A DNA stretch of 30,869 bases from positions 1-30,869 of the forward strand of contig JBDZWC010000022.1 in NCBI GenBank assembly GCA_040256005.1. The letters run 5' to 3'. A program made the position numbers and the translations under genes. Below, in pieces: positions 9,374 through 18,726 of this stretch. Within the stretch, counting starts at the first letter, position 1. Each line of letters starts with the position of its first letter. The stretch comes from Deinococcaceae bacterium. GTDB lineage: Bacteria > Deinococcota > Deinococci > Deinococcales > Trueperaceae. The notes beneath the pieces are model-generated. The model was given only the letters and a program-made list of their open reading frames with translations. It ran no database searches and had not been told where the DNA came from.

Positions 9374-10588
9374 CTAGGCGGGCAGCGGCCTCTCCGCGGT
9401 CAACGCCCGCACGCGCTTCAGGACCTCCTCCGGGTCCGCACCCCTGAGCGCCTCGTCTATCAGCCCTGCGACCGTCTCCATGTCTGACGTCGTGAACCCT
9501 CGCGTCGTCACCGCCGGCGTGCCCAGGCGTATCCCGGAGGTGACCCAGGGCTTCTCCTGGTCGTAGGGGACCATGCTCTTGCTGACAGTGATGCCGGCCG
9601 CGTCGAGGACGTTGCTGGCCTTGTTCCCCTTGATGCCCTGCGGCCTGAGGTCGACCACGAACATGTGGTTGTCCGTGCCGCCCGAGACGATGCGGTAGCC
9701 GCGGTCGGCCAGCGCGGTCGCGAGCGCGGACGCGTTCTCCAGCACGCGCCCCGTGTAAGCGCGGAACTCGCCGGTGAGTGCCTCGCCGAAGGCGACGGCC
9801 TTGCCCGCGATCGCGTGCATGAGCGGGCCACCCTGGGTGCCTGGGAAGATCGTGCGGGCGACCTTCTTGCCCACCTCGTCGTCGGCGCCCAGGATGAGGC
9901 CGCCGCGCGGCCCCCTGAGCGTCTTGTGGGTGGTGCTCGTCACGACGTGGGCGTGCGGTAACGGGAGCGGGTGCAGGCCGGCGGCGACGGGGCCGGCGAT
10001 GTGGGCGATGTCGGCCATGAGGTACGCGTCCACCTCGTCTGCGACCTCGCGGAAGGCGGCGAAGTCGATGAACCGGCTGTAGGCGGACGCTCCCGCGATG
10101 ATCAGCTTGGGCCTCACCTCGCGGGCCAGACGCCTGAGCGCGTCGTAGTCGATGAGCTCGGTGTCGGGGTCTACCGGGTAGCCCGTCACCTCGTAGTTCA
10201 TCCCGGAGAAGTTCACCGGAGAGCCGTGTGTGAGGTGGCCGCCGTGCGCGAGGTCCATGCCCAGGACCCGGTCACCGGGCTCGAGCAGGGCGTAGTAGAC
10301 GGCGAGGTTGGCGCTCGAGCCGGAGTGCGGCTGTACGTTGGACCAGGCCGAACCGAACAGCTCGTTGCAGCGGGCCATCGCCAGCGTCTCGACCTCGTCG
10401 ACGACCTCGCAACCGCCGTAGTAGCGCTTGCCGGGATAGCCCTCCGCGTACTTGTTGGTGAGCACCGAGCCGACGGCCTCGAGCACCTGCTGCGACACGA
10501 AGTTCTCGGAGGCGATCAGCTCTATGCCGGCCCGCTGTCGCTCGTGCTCGCGCTCGATGAGTTCGAAGACGGCCGTGTCTCGATCCAT
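9374..10588 (-). CDS. glyA: Serine hydroxymethyltransferase
   Basis: [38 protein letters not shown] (PLP Lys); true start ATG 10588, not 10852. Confidence 0.97.
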   Translation of the reverse strand: MDRDTAVFELIEREHERQRAGIELIASENFVSQQVLEAVGSVLTNKYAEGYPGKRYYGGCEVVDEVETLAMARCNELFGSAWSNVQPHSGSSANLAVYYALLEPGDRVLGMDLAHGGHLTHGSPVNFSGMNYEVTGYPVDPDTELIDYDALRRLAREVRPKLIIAGASAYSRFIDFAAFREVADEVDAYLMADIAHIAGPVAAGLHPLPLPHAHVVTSTTHKTLRGPRGGLILGADDEVGKKVARTIFPGTQGGPLMHAIAGKAVAFGEALTGEFRAYTGRVLENASALATALADRGYRIVSGGTDNHMFVVDLRPQGIKGNKASNVLDAAGITVSKSMVPYDQEKPWVTSGIRLGTPAVTTRGFTTSDMETVAGLIDEALRGADPEEVLKRVRALTAERPLPA

Positions 10589-10596
10589 GGCTAGCG

Positions 10597-10602
10597 AGTA
10601 TA
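10597..10602 (-). promoter_or_regulatory. -10 box TATACT for glyA (leaderless or near-leaderless)
   Basis: TATACT 8 nt before ATG 10588; no SD. Confidence 0.55.
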
Positions 10603-10799
10603 TGTCCGCCCCGGTTCGCAGCGGCCCGGCCAGGGGCGCCCGGTACGGCGCTTCGACCCCTGCAGGACATTGGTTCCTACCGCCCCTCACCGGCGGGTGA
10701 CAGGCTTGGCATGGTCGTCCGCGCCGCCATGGCCGCGGGCGCCGGGCCCCACGTCCACACTTCCGTCGGCTCGCGAGGCCCGGAGAAAGGACTGCGGAG

Positions 10800-11555
10800 A
10801 TGGCGAAGCTAGCGGGCAAGGTAGCTCTCGTTACCGGCGGCGCCTCGGGCATCGGCCGGGCGGTCGTCGACGCCTACGTCAAGGAAGGTGCCAAGGTCGC
10901 GATCGTGGACCTCTCGGAGGAGAGCGGGAACCGCGCGGTCGAGGAGCTGAGGGGCAGGGGCGGCGAGGCGATGTTCGTGCGAGCGGACGTCTCCAAGCCA
11001 GAGGACAACGAGCGCATGGTGCGCGAGACCGTCGAGCGCTTCGGGGCGCTGCACGTCGCCTGCAACAACGCCGGCATCGGCGGCGAGGCGAACCCGATCG
11101 CCGACATGAGCGTCGAAGGCTGGCAGAAGATCATCGGGATCAACCTCTCCAGCGTCTTCTACGCGCTGAAGTACGAGATCCCGGCCATGCTGTCGGCCGG
11201 GGGCGGCTCGATCGTGAACATGGCCTCGATCTTGGGCGCCGTCGGCTGGCCCACCTCGGCGGGCTACGTCGCTGCCAAGCACGGCGTGGTCGGCCTCACC
11301 AAGACAGCCGCGCTCGAGTACGCGGCCAAGGGGGTGCGAGTCAACGCGATCGGCCCCGGCTTCATCCATACCCCGCTGATCGCGGCGTTGGAAGAGGACA
11401 AGGCGGCCAACGACATGCTCGTCGCGATGCATCCCGTCGGACGGCTGGGCGAGCCAGAGGAGATAGCCTCACTGGCGCTGTTCCTGGCCAGTGACGAGGC
11501 GTCGTTCATCCACGGCGCCTACCTGCCCGTGGACGGCGGCTTCCTGGCGCGTTAG
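10800..11555 (+). CDS. Classical short-chain dehydrogenase/reductase
   Basis: [17 protein letters not shown] catalytic motif, VDGG. Confidence 0.95.
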   Translation: MAKLAGKVALVTGGASGIGRAVVDAYVKEGAKVAIVDLSEESGNRAVEELRGRGGEAMFVRADVSKPEDNERMVRETVERFGALHVACNNAGIGGEANPIADMSVEGWQKIIGINLSSVFYALKYEIPAMLSAGGGSIVNMASILGAVGWPTSAGYVAAKHGVVGLTKTAALEYAAKGVRVNAIGPGFIHTPLIAALEEDKAANDMLVAMHPVGRLGEPEEIASLALFLASDEASFIHGAYLPVDGGFLAR

Positions 11556-11721
11556 GAACTTTCCGGGTCCTTGCCCGGCAGGGCAAGGACCCAGCGCGGA
11601 GCGCTTAGGAACTTTCCGGGTCCTTGCCCGCAAGGGCAAGGGCCCAGCGCGGAGTGCTTAGGGACTTTCCGGACCCTCGCACGGAAGGGCAAGGGCCCAG
11701 TGCGGAGCGCTAAGGAAACTT
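11552..11721. repeat. Tandem 53-bp palindromic (REP/BIME-like) array: 3 full units plus a partial fourth
   Basis: Units start at 11552, 11605, 11658 and 11711; unit 1 is TTAGGAACTTTCCGGGTCCTTGCCCGGCAGGGCAAGGACCCAGCGCGGAGCGC; lies between convergent genes; no spacers. Confidence 0.9.
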
Positions 11722-11757
11722 CGTACCAGGCAGGCCTTCCCGGCCGGGCACGCCCCC

Positions 11758-12390
11758 TCAGGCGAACGCCGACAGCAGGGCCAACGCCCGCTCGAGCTTC
11801 GAGACGCTCGACACGGTCAGCGGTACGAGGGTCTCAACGGCCTTAGCGAGGCGCTGCATATGGACCTCGGCGCCGGGGTCGTCGGTGAGGCTTTCGATCT
11901 CGACCTCGTGGAAGGTGACCGACGAGTCGTCCTGATCGGGCAGGAGGCACGTCACCTCGTCGAACGCGACATCGGCGACGGGTCGGCCGGCCAGCTCGGC
12001 GACGAGGCGTACGCGGCGCACGTCCAGCTCCGCCAGCGCCGTCAGGTGCTCAGGTGCCACCCCGGCCGGCAACACCGTGAGGACATCCTCGGGCCAGGCT
12101 CCTTCGGGGGTGAGGGGGGACTCCAGCTCGCGGCGGGAGTGAATGCCCTCCCGTAGGGTGACCGGGCCCTTGTACGTGGCGAACGACCGGCCGGGGCGGT
12201 GCCGCTTGCGCAGCGCGACTCCCGCCCGGTTCAGCGCGCCGTCCTCGGTGTCGAAGTAGACGTCCCGGTAGCGCTCCACGCTGGGCGAGCCGACGCTCAG
12301 CTCGGTCCCGTCGAGCGCGGATGCGATCTCGGCGGCGCTGGGCACGTGGTCGTCGGTAGTCGAGTACTTCAGCTCGCGCTCGATGTCCAC
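11758..12390 (-). CDS. CYTH (triphosphate tunnel metalloenzyme) domain protein
   Basis: IERELKY (ExExK), DVYFDT, LRKR, TYKG, RRELE, EVEIE. Confidence 0.88.
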   Translation of the reverse strand: MDIERELKYSTTDDHVPSAAEIASALDGTELSVGSPSVERYRDVYFDTEDGALNRAGVALRKRHRPGRSFATYKGPVTLREGIHSRRELESPLTPEGAWPEDVLTVLPAGVAPEHLTALAELDVRRVRLVAELAGRPVADVAFDEVTCLLPDQDDSSVTFHEVEIESLTDDPGAEVHMQRLAKAVETLVPLTVSSVSKLERALALLSAFA

Positions 12391-12396
12391 CTTCGG

Positions 12397-12418
12397 ACTC
12401 TAGCGCCTCTGCTACGAT
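12397..12418. promoter_or_regulatory. Back-to-back -10 boxes: TAGAGT (- strand, CYTH, leaderless) and extended TGcTACGAT (+ strand, EF-G2)
   Basis: TAGAGT at 12402-12397 is 6 nt before GTG 12390; TACGAT at 12413-12418 is preceded by TGn. Confidence 0.5.
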
Positions 12419-12538
12419 GTGCCCCACTCGCAGAAGCGCTTGGGAGGCCGCTGGTGTGGAGCCCGCGCCCGAACAGGTTCCCGTCCCGCCCGGCGCGCAT
12501 TTTCGAGCGGCCGCCTCTCGCCAGGGATCGGAGCCGAC

Positions 12539-14593
12539 ATGTCGAACATCCGCAACGTCGCCGTCCTCTCGCATAGCGGCGCTGGGAAGACCTCCCTCGT
12601 CGAGGCGCTGCTCCATCGTTCCGGCGCGCTGCCGACGCTCGGGTCGGTAGAGGAGGGCACCACCGCTTCTGACCACACCCCCGAGGAGCGAAGGCGCAAG
12701 ATCTCCATCTACTCGGCGGTGCACCCCATCACGTGGAAAGGCCAGAGCTTCAACCTCATAGACACGCCGGGCTACGCGGACTTCGTGGGCGAGATACGCG
12801 GGGCGATGGCGGCCGCCGACGCGGCCATGATCGTCATCTCGGCGGTGTCCGGTGTGGCGGTCGGCACCGAGCGGGTCTGGAACTCGAGCTTGGAGCGCGA
12901 GCTGTCCACGATGGTCGTCGTCAACAAGATGGACCGGGAGAACGCCGATTTCTTCCGGACGATGGCCGAGATCGAGTCGACCTTGGCCGGCAACCTGGCG
13001 GCCATCCAGGTGCCCATCGGCCAGGCCGAGACGTTCCGGGGCATCGTCGACCTGCTCGCCATGCAGGCCTACGAATGGCCCGAGGGCGAGCCCCGGCCCG
13101 TCGACATGCCGGACGAGGTGGCAGGCATCGCCCAGGAGTACAGGGAACGCCTGGTGGAGGCCATCGTCGAGACCGATGACGAGCTCATGCTGAAGTACCT
13201 CGAGGACGCCGAGCTGGGTTCTGACGAACTGCGCAGGGCGTTCGACGCGGCTGTCGTCCGCAACGAGCTCACCCCCGTGCTGGTGACCTCCGCCATCAAG
13301 GAGATGGGCATCAGCCTGCTGCTCGACTTCATCCTCGAGGGCGTCAGGCGAGTGGAGGACCACGCCCCCCTGCGCGTGGACCGTGGCGAGTCTCCGAAGC
13401 TCGGCGACGACGCGCCGTTCACCGCCCGCGTGTTCAAGACCGTCATCGACCCGTACATGGGCAAGGTCTCGCTGATGCGCGTACTAGGGGGCACCCTCAA
13501 GGCCGGTGACACGGTCGTGGACACGACGAAGGGCGAGGAGCTCAAGACGGCTCACCTCTACATGCCGCAGGGCAAGGACCTCAAGGAGGTCAAGGAGCTC
13601 ACGTCGGGGATGATCGGCGCGATCACGAAGGCCGACGTCGTGTCCACGGGGGACACGCTCGCCCAGCCGGGTGTGGACCTCGTGCTCTCGCAGATCCGCA
13701 TGCCAGAACCGGTGATGGCCGTGGCGGTCTTCCCGAAGACGCGGGCGGACGAGGACAAGCTGGGCGAGGCGCTGCACCGGCTGATGGACGCCGACGCCGG
13801 CATGCGCCTGGAACGCAACGCCGACACCCGCGAGACCGTCCTATGGGGCATGGGACACGTGCACCTGGAGATCGGGGCGCAGGTGCTCAAGGAGCGGTAC
13901 GGCGTCGACATCGAGACCCGCACCCCCGCCGTCGCCTACCGCGAGACGATCGCTGGCACGGGCGATGCCAGGTACCGCCACAAGAAGCAGACCGGTGGCG
14001 CCGGGCAGTTCGCCGAGGTGGCCCTACGCGTGGAACCGTTGCCCCGCGGCGCCGGCTTCGAGTTCGAGTGGGGGGTAGTGGGTGGGTCGATCCCGACGCA
14101 GTTCCAGTCGAGCTGCGAGAAGGGTGTCAGGGCGGGTATGACGGCCGGGGCACTGGGAGGCTTCCCCGTCCAGGACGTCAAGGTCACCGTCTACGACGGC
14201 AAGGACCACCCCGTCGACTCCAAGGACGTCGCGTTCCAGACCGCGGCGGCGCACGCGTTCAAGGAGGCGATGGCGCAGGCGTCACCGCAACTGCTCGAGC
14301 CGGTGATGCTCGTGAAGGTCAGGGTCCCCGACCGTTTCACCGGTGACGTGATCTCCGACCTCAACACGCGGCGCGGCCGGATACTCGGTATGGACGCCGA
14401 GGGTTCTGTCAGCCTGGTGAGTGCGCACGTGCCCATGGCGGAGCTCCAGAGCTACTCGGCCGACCTCAGGTCGATGACGGGCGGGCGCGGCGCGTACTCC
14501 CTGCGCTTCGACAAGTACGACGGCGTGCCCCACAACGTCGCCGAGAGGATCCTCGCGGAGCGCTCCAGCCAGGCGGCGCGAGCAGCAGGCTGA
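12539..14593 (+). CDS. fusA2: Elongation factor G paralogue (EF-G2 type)
   Basis: IRNVAVLSHSGAGKTS, ERRRKISI (canonical RGITI), DTPGYADF (canonical DTPGHVDF), NKMD, KKQTGGAGQF, LRSMTGGRG; stand-alone, not with rpsL-rpsG-tuf; start ATG 12539 with GGAG SD. Confidence 0.9.
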   Translation: MSNIRNVAVLSHSGAGKTSLVEALLHRSGALPTLGSVEEGTTASDHTPEERRRKISIYSAVHPITWKGQSFNLIDTPGYADFVGEIRGAMAAADAAMIVISAVSGVAVGTERVWNSSLERELSTMVVVNKMDRENADFFRTMAEIESTLAGNLAAIQVPIGQAETFRGIVDLLAMQAYEWPEGEPRPVDMPDEVAGIAQEYRERLVEAIVETDDELMLKYLEDAELGSDELRRAFDAAVVRNELTPVLVTSAIKEMGISLLLDFILEGVRRVEDHAPLRVDRGESPKLGDDAPFTARVFKTVIDPYMGKVSLMRVLGGTLKAGDTVVDTTKGEELKTAHLYMPQGKDLKEVKELTSGMIGAITKADVVSTGDTLAQPGVDLVLSQIRMPEPVMAVAVFPKTRADEDKLGEALHRLMDADAGMRLERNADTRETVLWGMGHVHLEIGAQVLKERYGVDIETRTPAVAYRETIAGTGDARYRHKKQTGGAGQFAEVALRVEPLPRGAGFEFEWGVVGGSIPTQFQSSCEKGVRAGMTAGALGGFPVQDVKVTVYDGKDHPVDSKDVAFQTAAAHAFKEAMAQASPQLLEPVMLVKVRVPDRFTGDVISDLNTRRGRILGMDAEGSVSLVSAHVPMAELQSYSADLRSMTGGRGAYSLRFDKYDGVPHNVAERILAERSSQAARAAG

Positions 14594-14638
14594 ACCTCGG
14601 ATCCGGCGCGCAGGGTTCGCCCCGGCGCCGCTCACCGT

Positions 14639-15478
14639 TCAGAGCTTGGAGAGCCGGTCCAGCACGTCCTGGGCGAGCTCGCGACCCAGGTCCTCGGCCT
14701 CGCGCGCTTCACCCGTTACGCTCGCCTGCACCGACGTCTGGTCCTTGACGACCGCGCCGACGAGGGTGAGCTCGCCGTCGTCGGTGACCGTGGCAGCTGC
14801 GCCGACGGGCAGGTCGCCGGCGGCGGCCGCGAACGCCCGCTCCGCCCTGGCCCTGTCGAAGCTGGGCCGGTGCTGGAGCGGGTACACGGACTCCACCGCC
14901 AGGTCGTCGTCGGCGCGAACCACGAGCCCCACGGCGCCTTGGCCAGGCGCGGGTGTGAAAGCGTCGAGATCGAGCAGTCCGCCCAGATGGTTCCGCAGCT
15001 CGAGGGCGATGAGAGCGGCGGCCGGCATGACGATCGCGCCTAGTTCACCCGACGTCACCAGCGGCAGGCGCTGCTCCGGCGTGCCGGTCAGCAGGCGCGT
15101 CTTCAGGCCCGCCCGCGCGGCGTCAAGGAACGCGGCGTCGCGTTCGGAGAACACGCCCACGACGGAGCCTGCCGGCAGCTCCGCGAGGGTGCTGGCCCCC
15201 TTGGCCACGAGGGCGCTGCGAGCCTCGGCGCGCCTGCGCACGGCTGCCAGGGTCAGCTCTTCCGGCAAAGTGGGCGGCAGGGTGTCCAGCTGTACGACGG
15301 CCACGTCGATCTTCGAGGCGGAGAGGGCGGCTAGCACGGCCTCCGAGTCCTCGCCGCCGGTCAGGGTCCTGACGCTGACATGCAGGTCGGGCCACTCCTC
15401 GCCCAGAGCCTCCATGACGCCCCGGCCGTGGCGCACGGCCAAGGTCCCCTCCCGATTGCCAAGCACGATCCTCGCCAT
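14639..15478 (-). CDS. Hydroxymethylbilane synthase (HemC)-fold protein, predicted catalytically inactive
   Basis: Scaffold motifs LPAGSVVG, PAPGQGAVG, AERAF and AEDLGRELA match HemC, but the protein has no Cys and the VHSMKD motif reads VVQLDT; start ATG 15478. Confidence 0.8.
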   Translation of the reverse strand: MARIVLGNREGTLAVRHGRGVMEALGEEWPDLHVSVRTLTGGEDSEAVLAALSASKIDVAVVQLDTLPPTLPEELTLAAVRRRAEARSALVAKGASTLAELPAGSVVGVFSERDAAFLDAARAGLKTRLLTGTPEQRLPLVTSGELGAIVMPAAALIALELRNHLGGLLDLDAFTPAPGQGAVGLVVRADDDLAVESVYPLQHRPSFDRARAERAFAAAAGDLPVGAAATVTDDGELTLVGAVVKDQTSVQASVTGEAREAEDLGRELAQDVLDRLSKL

Positions 15479-15485
15479 GCTCAGC

Positions 15486-15491
15486 AGTCTA
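15486..15491 (-). promoter_or_regulatory. -10 box TAGACT for the HemC-like gene (leaderless)
   Basis: TAGACT 7 nt before ATG 15478. Confidence 0.55.
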
Positions 15492-15548
15492 ACCGAACCC
15501 CTCACGCTGCTTCCGGGCCGTTCGCCCGTGCCTGACCGGATTTCCGGC

Positions 15549-16724
15549 TCAGGCCAGCGCCTTGGCTGCCTGCAGCAGTCGATCCGCCCTGTCGGTCAGC
15601 TCCCACGGGAAGCCGGTCCCGCCGAAGTGGCCGTAGGCGCTCGTGGGCACGTAGATGGGGCGCCTCAGGTCGAGCTCCGCGATCACGGCGGCCGGGCGAC
15701 CGTCGAAGCACTCCCTGACGGCGTCGGCCAGTCTGTCGTCGGGCAGCGCCCCGGTGCCGAACGTGTCCACGTACATGCCGACCGGTCTGGCGACGCCGAT
15801 GGCGTAGGCGAGCTGCACCTGACAGCGCCGTGCCAGCCCGGCCGCGACCACGTTCTTGGCGATGTACCGGGCGAAGTAGCTGCCCGACCGGTCCACCTTC
15901 GTGGGGTCCTTCCCACTGAACGCGCCGCCGCCGTGCGGCGCCGCCCCACCGTAGGTGTCGACGATGATCTTGCGGCCCGTGAGGCCGGCATCGGCGCCCG
16001 GTCCGCCCTCGACGAAGCGGCCGGTGGGGTTGACCAGGAAGCGCGCTCGCGACGAGTCGAGGTCGGTCGGCAAAACGTGCTGGATCACGCCCGAGACGAT
16101 ATCGGCGCGCAGCTCCTCCAGAGCGATGCCCTCGTCGTGCTGAGCGGACAGCACCACGGTCTCGACGGCCGTGGCGACGTCGCCCTCGTACACGAGGGTC
16201 ACCTGCGTCTTGCCGTCGGGGCGCAGGTAGGGCAGCTCGCCGCTGCGTCTCACCTCGGCCAGGCGTCTTGCCATGCGGTGGGCCAGCGTGATGGGCAGCG
16301 GCATGAGCTCGGGTGTCTCGTCGATGGCGTAACCGAACATGAGGCCCTGGTCGCCGGCGCCCGTCAGGTCGTAAGCATCGCCGCTGCCGGACTCCTGCGC
16401 CTGGTTCACGCCCTGGGCGATATCGCCGGACTGCTCCGACAGGGCGATGAGGACCGCCGAGTGGTCGGCGTCGAAGCCGTAGGCGGCGTCCGTGTAACCC
16501 ACCTCGCGCGCGGCGTTCCTGACGCAGGCCTGGACGTCCACGTCGGCCGTGGTCGTAACCTCACCCGCCACCAGCGCGAGGCCCTTGGTGAGCAGCGTCT
16601 CGGCGGCGACCCTGGCGTTGGGGTCCTGCGCGAGGATCGCGTCCAAGACGCTGTCACTGATGCGATCGGCGAGCTTGTCGGGATGACCCTCGGTGACGGA
16701 TTCGGCGGAAACGAGTTTGGACAT
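15549..16724 (-). CDS. metK: S-adenosylmethionine synthetase
   Basis: [36 protein letters not shown]; true start ATG 16724 with AGGAG SD. Confidence 0.97.
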   Translation of the reverse strand: MSKLVSAESVTEGHPDKLADRISDSVLDAILAQDPNARVAAETLLTKGLALVAGEVTTTADVDVQACVRNAAREVGYTDAAYGFDADHSAVLIALSEQSGDIAQGVNQAQESGSGDAYDLTGAGDQGLMFGYAIDETPELMPLPITLAHRMARRLAEVRRSGELPYLRPDGKTQVTLVYEGDVATAVETVVLSAQHDEGIALEELRADIVSGVIQHVLPTDLDSSRARFLVNPTGRFVEGGPGADAGLTGRKIIVDTYGGAAPHGGGAFSGKDPTKVDRSGSYFARYIAKNVVAAGLARRCQVQLAYAIGVARPVGMYVDTFGTGALPDDRLADAVRECFDGRPAAVIAELDLRRPIYVPTSAYGHFGGTGFPWELTDRADRLLQAAKALA

Positions 16725-16755
16725 GCGTTCTCCTGGCGCCAAGGGGGCGGAGGCG

Positions 16756-16778
16756 AGGATAGCAGCGGCACCTATACT
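16756..16778. promoter_or_regulatory. Divergent -10 boxes: extended TGcTATCCT (- strand, metK) and TATACT (+ strand, GNAT, leaderless)
   Basis: TATCCT at 16761-16756; TATACT at 16773-16778, 6 nt before GTG 16785. Confidence 0.5.
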
Positions 16779-16784
16779 CCGTCT

Positions 16785-17324
16785 GTGGCGACGATAAGCC
16801 TCTCGTTGCGTCCCGCACGGCCCTCCGACGCGCCCGAGGTCACCCATCTGCTGAGCGGCATCTACCGGGAGGACCGGTACTTCGTAGGCGACGGACCCGC
16901 CTCGTCTTCCGCGCTCGCGGCCCGCATCGGCATGGACGACCCCGAGCGCTCCCTCTACCTGGTCGCCGCCCGCGGCAACGACGTGGTGGGCTGGTGCGAG
17001 CTGCACCGGTCGCCCGCCTGGCGGCTGGAGCACGTGGCCGTGCTGACGCTGGCGGTGTCGCCGACGGAGCGGCGCCACGGCGTGGGGAGGGCGTTGTTGC
17101 GCTCGGCGTACGACTGGTGCCGGCGTGTGGGCGTGTTGAAGGTGAGCCTGCAGGTGAGGGCCGGCAACGAGGCAGCCATCGCGCTGTACAGGTCCGAGGG
17201 GTTCGCACTGGAAGGCAGGGAGGTGGGCCAGGTGCGGCTCGAGCGCGGAGGCCCGTTCGAAGACAACCTGATCATGGGCAAGTGGCTCGGTGACGTCGGG
17301 CCCGCGGAGGCGAGAACGGCGTGA
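16785..17324 (+). CDS. GNAT family N-acetyltransferase
   Basis: C-terminal part of the 892-aa track [29 protein letters not shown] (acetyl-CoA motif A), [13 protein letters not shown]. Confidence 0.88.
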   Translation: MATISLSLRPARPSDAPEVTHLLSGIYREDRYFVGDGPASSSALAARIGMDDPERSLYLVAARGNDVVGWCELHRSPAWRLEHVAVLTLAVSPTERRHGVGRALLRSAYDWCRRVGVLKVSLQVRAGNEAAIALYRSEGFALEGREVGQVRLERGGPFEDNLIMGKWLGDVGPAEARTA

Positions 17325-17863
17325 GCGCAGGCCATGAGTTCGCCGGCTTCGAGTACCCGCAGCAGCGCGTGGCGCTCTTCGTGGACACCCAGAACCTGTT
17401 CTTCGCCGCGCGTGACCTGCGCGGCGAGGTCGTCGACTACGGCCGCCTGCTGGACGTCGCCGCGCGCGGCCGGCGCCTGGCGCATGCGACCGCGTACGTA
17501 GTGGAGCGGGACGACGACGGGGCGAACTACGGGTTCGTCACCAAGCTGACGGCGCTCGGCTTCCGCGTGCGACGGCTGAAGGTCAGGGTGCGCGTCTCGG
17601 AGGACGACAGGCCGGTACTGGAGGGCGACTGGGACCTGGGCATCGCGGCCGACGTCTTCCGGGCGCTGGGCAGCGTTGACGCCATAGCCCTGGCCACCGG
17701 AGACGCCGACTTCACACCGGTGGTCCAGCTCGCCCAGGAGCGCGGCGCCAGGGTCGAGGTGCTGGCGTTCAAGGACTTCACCGGCCAGGAGCTTCAGGAC
17801 GCATGCGACCGGTTCCTGGACCTCACCCAGGTGGACGGCATCTTCCTGACGCCGCGACACTAA
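17321..17863 (+). CDS. NYN (LabA/DUF88, PIN-like) domain protein
   Basis: [38 protein letters not shown] overlap with the GNAT gene. Confidence 0.88.
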   Translation: MSAGHEFAGFEYPQQRVALFVDTQNLFFAARDLRGEVVDYGRLLDVAARGRRLAHATAYVVERDDDGANYGFVTKLTALGFRVRRLKVRVRVSEDDRPVLEGDWDLGIAADVFRALGSVDAIALATGDADFTPVVQLAQERGARVEVLAFKDFTGQELQDACDRFLDLTQVDGIFLTPRH

Positions 17864-17919
17864 GCCACTTCGGGCCGTCCCGATGCCGGGCCGAGCAGGC
17901 GGCTAGCAGTGCCGACGAG

Positions 17920-18726
17920 CTAGCCCGCTGCCACCGCTTCCAGCCGCGGCGCATCGTCCCAGATCTTCCAGCGGGCGCTGCCCGAGGACCACATCTCCTC
18001 GAGCATCTCCTTCTCCTTCAGGGTGTCCATGCACGACCAGAAGCCGAAGTGCCGGTAGCCGCGTAGCTGACCGTCGCTGACCATGCGGTCCACCGGCTCG
18101 CGTTCCCACACGGTGGCGTCACCGTCTATGTAGTCGATCGCCTGCGTGTTGAGGACGAAGAAGCCGCCGTTGATCCAGCCCTCGCCCTCTTCGGGTTTCT
18201 CGTGGAAGTTGACGACCCGGTCGCCGTCGAACGTCAGGTTGCCGAACCGTGCCGGTGGGCGCACCGTCGTCACGGTCGCGACCTTGCCGTGCGAGCGGTG
18301 GAAGGCCGCGAGCTTGCGGACGTCCAAGTCAGCGACGCCGTCCCCGTACGTGAAGTAGAACGGCTCGCCCTCGGTCAGCCACGGCTTGAGGCGCCGCAAA
18401 CGGCCCCCCGTCATCGTGTTGGGGCCAGTATCGACGAGATGGACCTTCCACTGCGGCTGGTTACCGTCGTGGATGGTGGCGGCGCCGGTGGCTAAGTCCA
18501 CGGTGATGTCGTTGTGGATCGCGTAGAAGTTGAGGAAGTAGTCCTTGATGACCTCGCCCTTGTAGCCGAGCGCGATCACGAACTCGTTGACGCCGCCCGC
18601 CTCGAAGATCTTCATGATGTGCCACAGGATGGGCCGTCCGCCTATCTCGACCATCGGCTTGGGCCTCACCGTCGTCTCCTCGGCCAAGCGTGTGCCGAAG
18701 CCCCCTGCCAGGATCACTGCCTTCAC
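17920..18726 (-). CDS. rfbF: Glucose-1-phosphate cytidylyltransferase
   Basis: LAGGFGTRLAEET..PKPMVEIG, TMTGGRL, TYGDGV, INGGFF, GFWSCMDT. Confidence 0.93.
   Translation of the reverse strand: MKAVILAGGFGTRLAEETTVRPKPMVEIGGRPILWHIMKIFEAGGVNEFVIALGYKGEVIKDYFLNFYAIHNDITVDLATGAATIHDGNQPQWKVHLVDTGPNTMTGGRLRRLKPWLTEGEPFYFTYGDGVADLDVRKLAAFHRSHGKVATVTTVRPPARFGNLTFDGDRVVNFHEKPEEGEGWINGGFFVLNTQAIDYIDGDATVWEREPVDRMVSDGQLRGYRHFGFWSCMDTLKEKEMLEEMWSSGSARWKIWDDAPRLEAVAAG

Noticed and set aside
10589..10799. ZTP or other riboswitch upstream of glyA
   Set aside because: No recognisable consensus, and a -10 box sits 8 nt from the ATG, leaving no leader
11552..11721. Possible mini-CRISPR array
   Set aside because: Units are contiguous with no unique spacers, and there are no cas genes in the window
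11758..12390. CYTH as a second adenylate cyclase forming a signalling or defence system with the class III cyclase and NYN
   Set aside because: The genes are far apart in separate transcription units among housekeeping genes, and most CYTH proteins are triphosphatases
16725..16784. SAM riboswitch upstream of metK
   Set aside because: The 60-bp intergenic region is occupied by two divergent -10 boxes and an SD; no SAM aptamer motifs seen
14646..17324. 892-aa plus-strand ORF spanning the HemC-like gene and metK
   Set aside because: Antisense shadow frame typical of high-GC coding DNA; only the last 179 aa (GNAT, from GTG 16785 with its own -10 box) look like a protein
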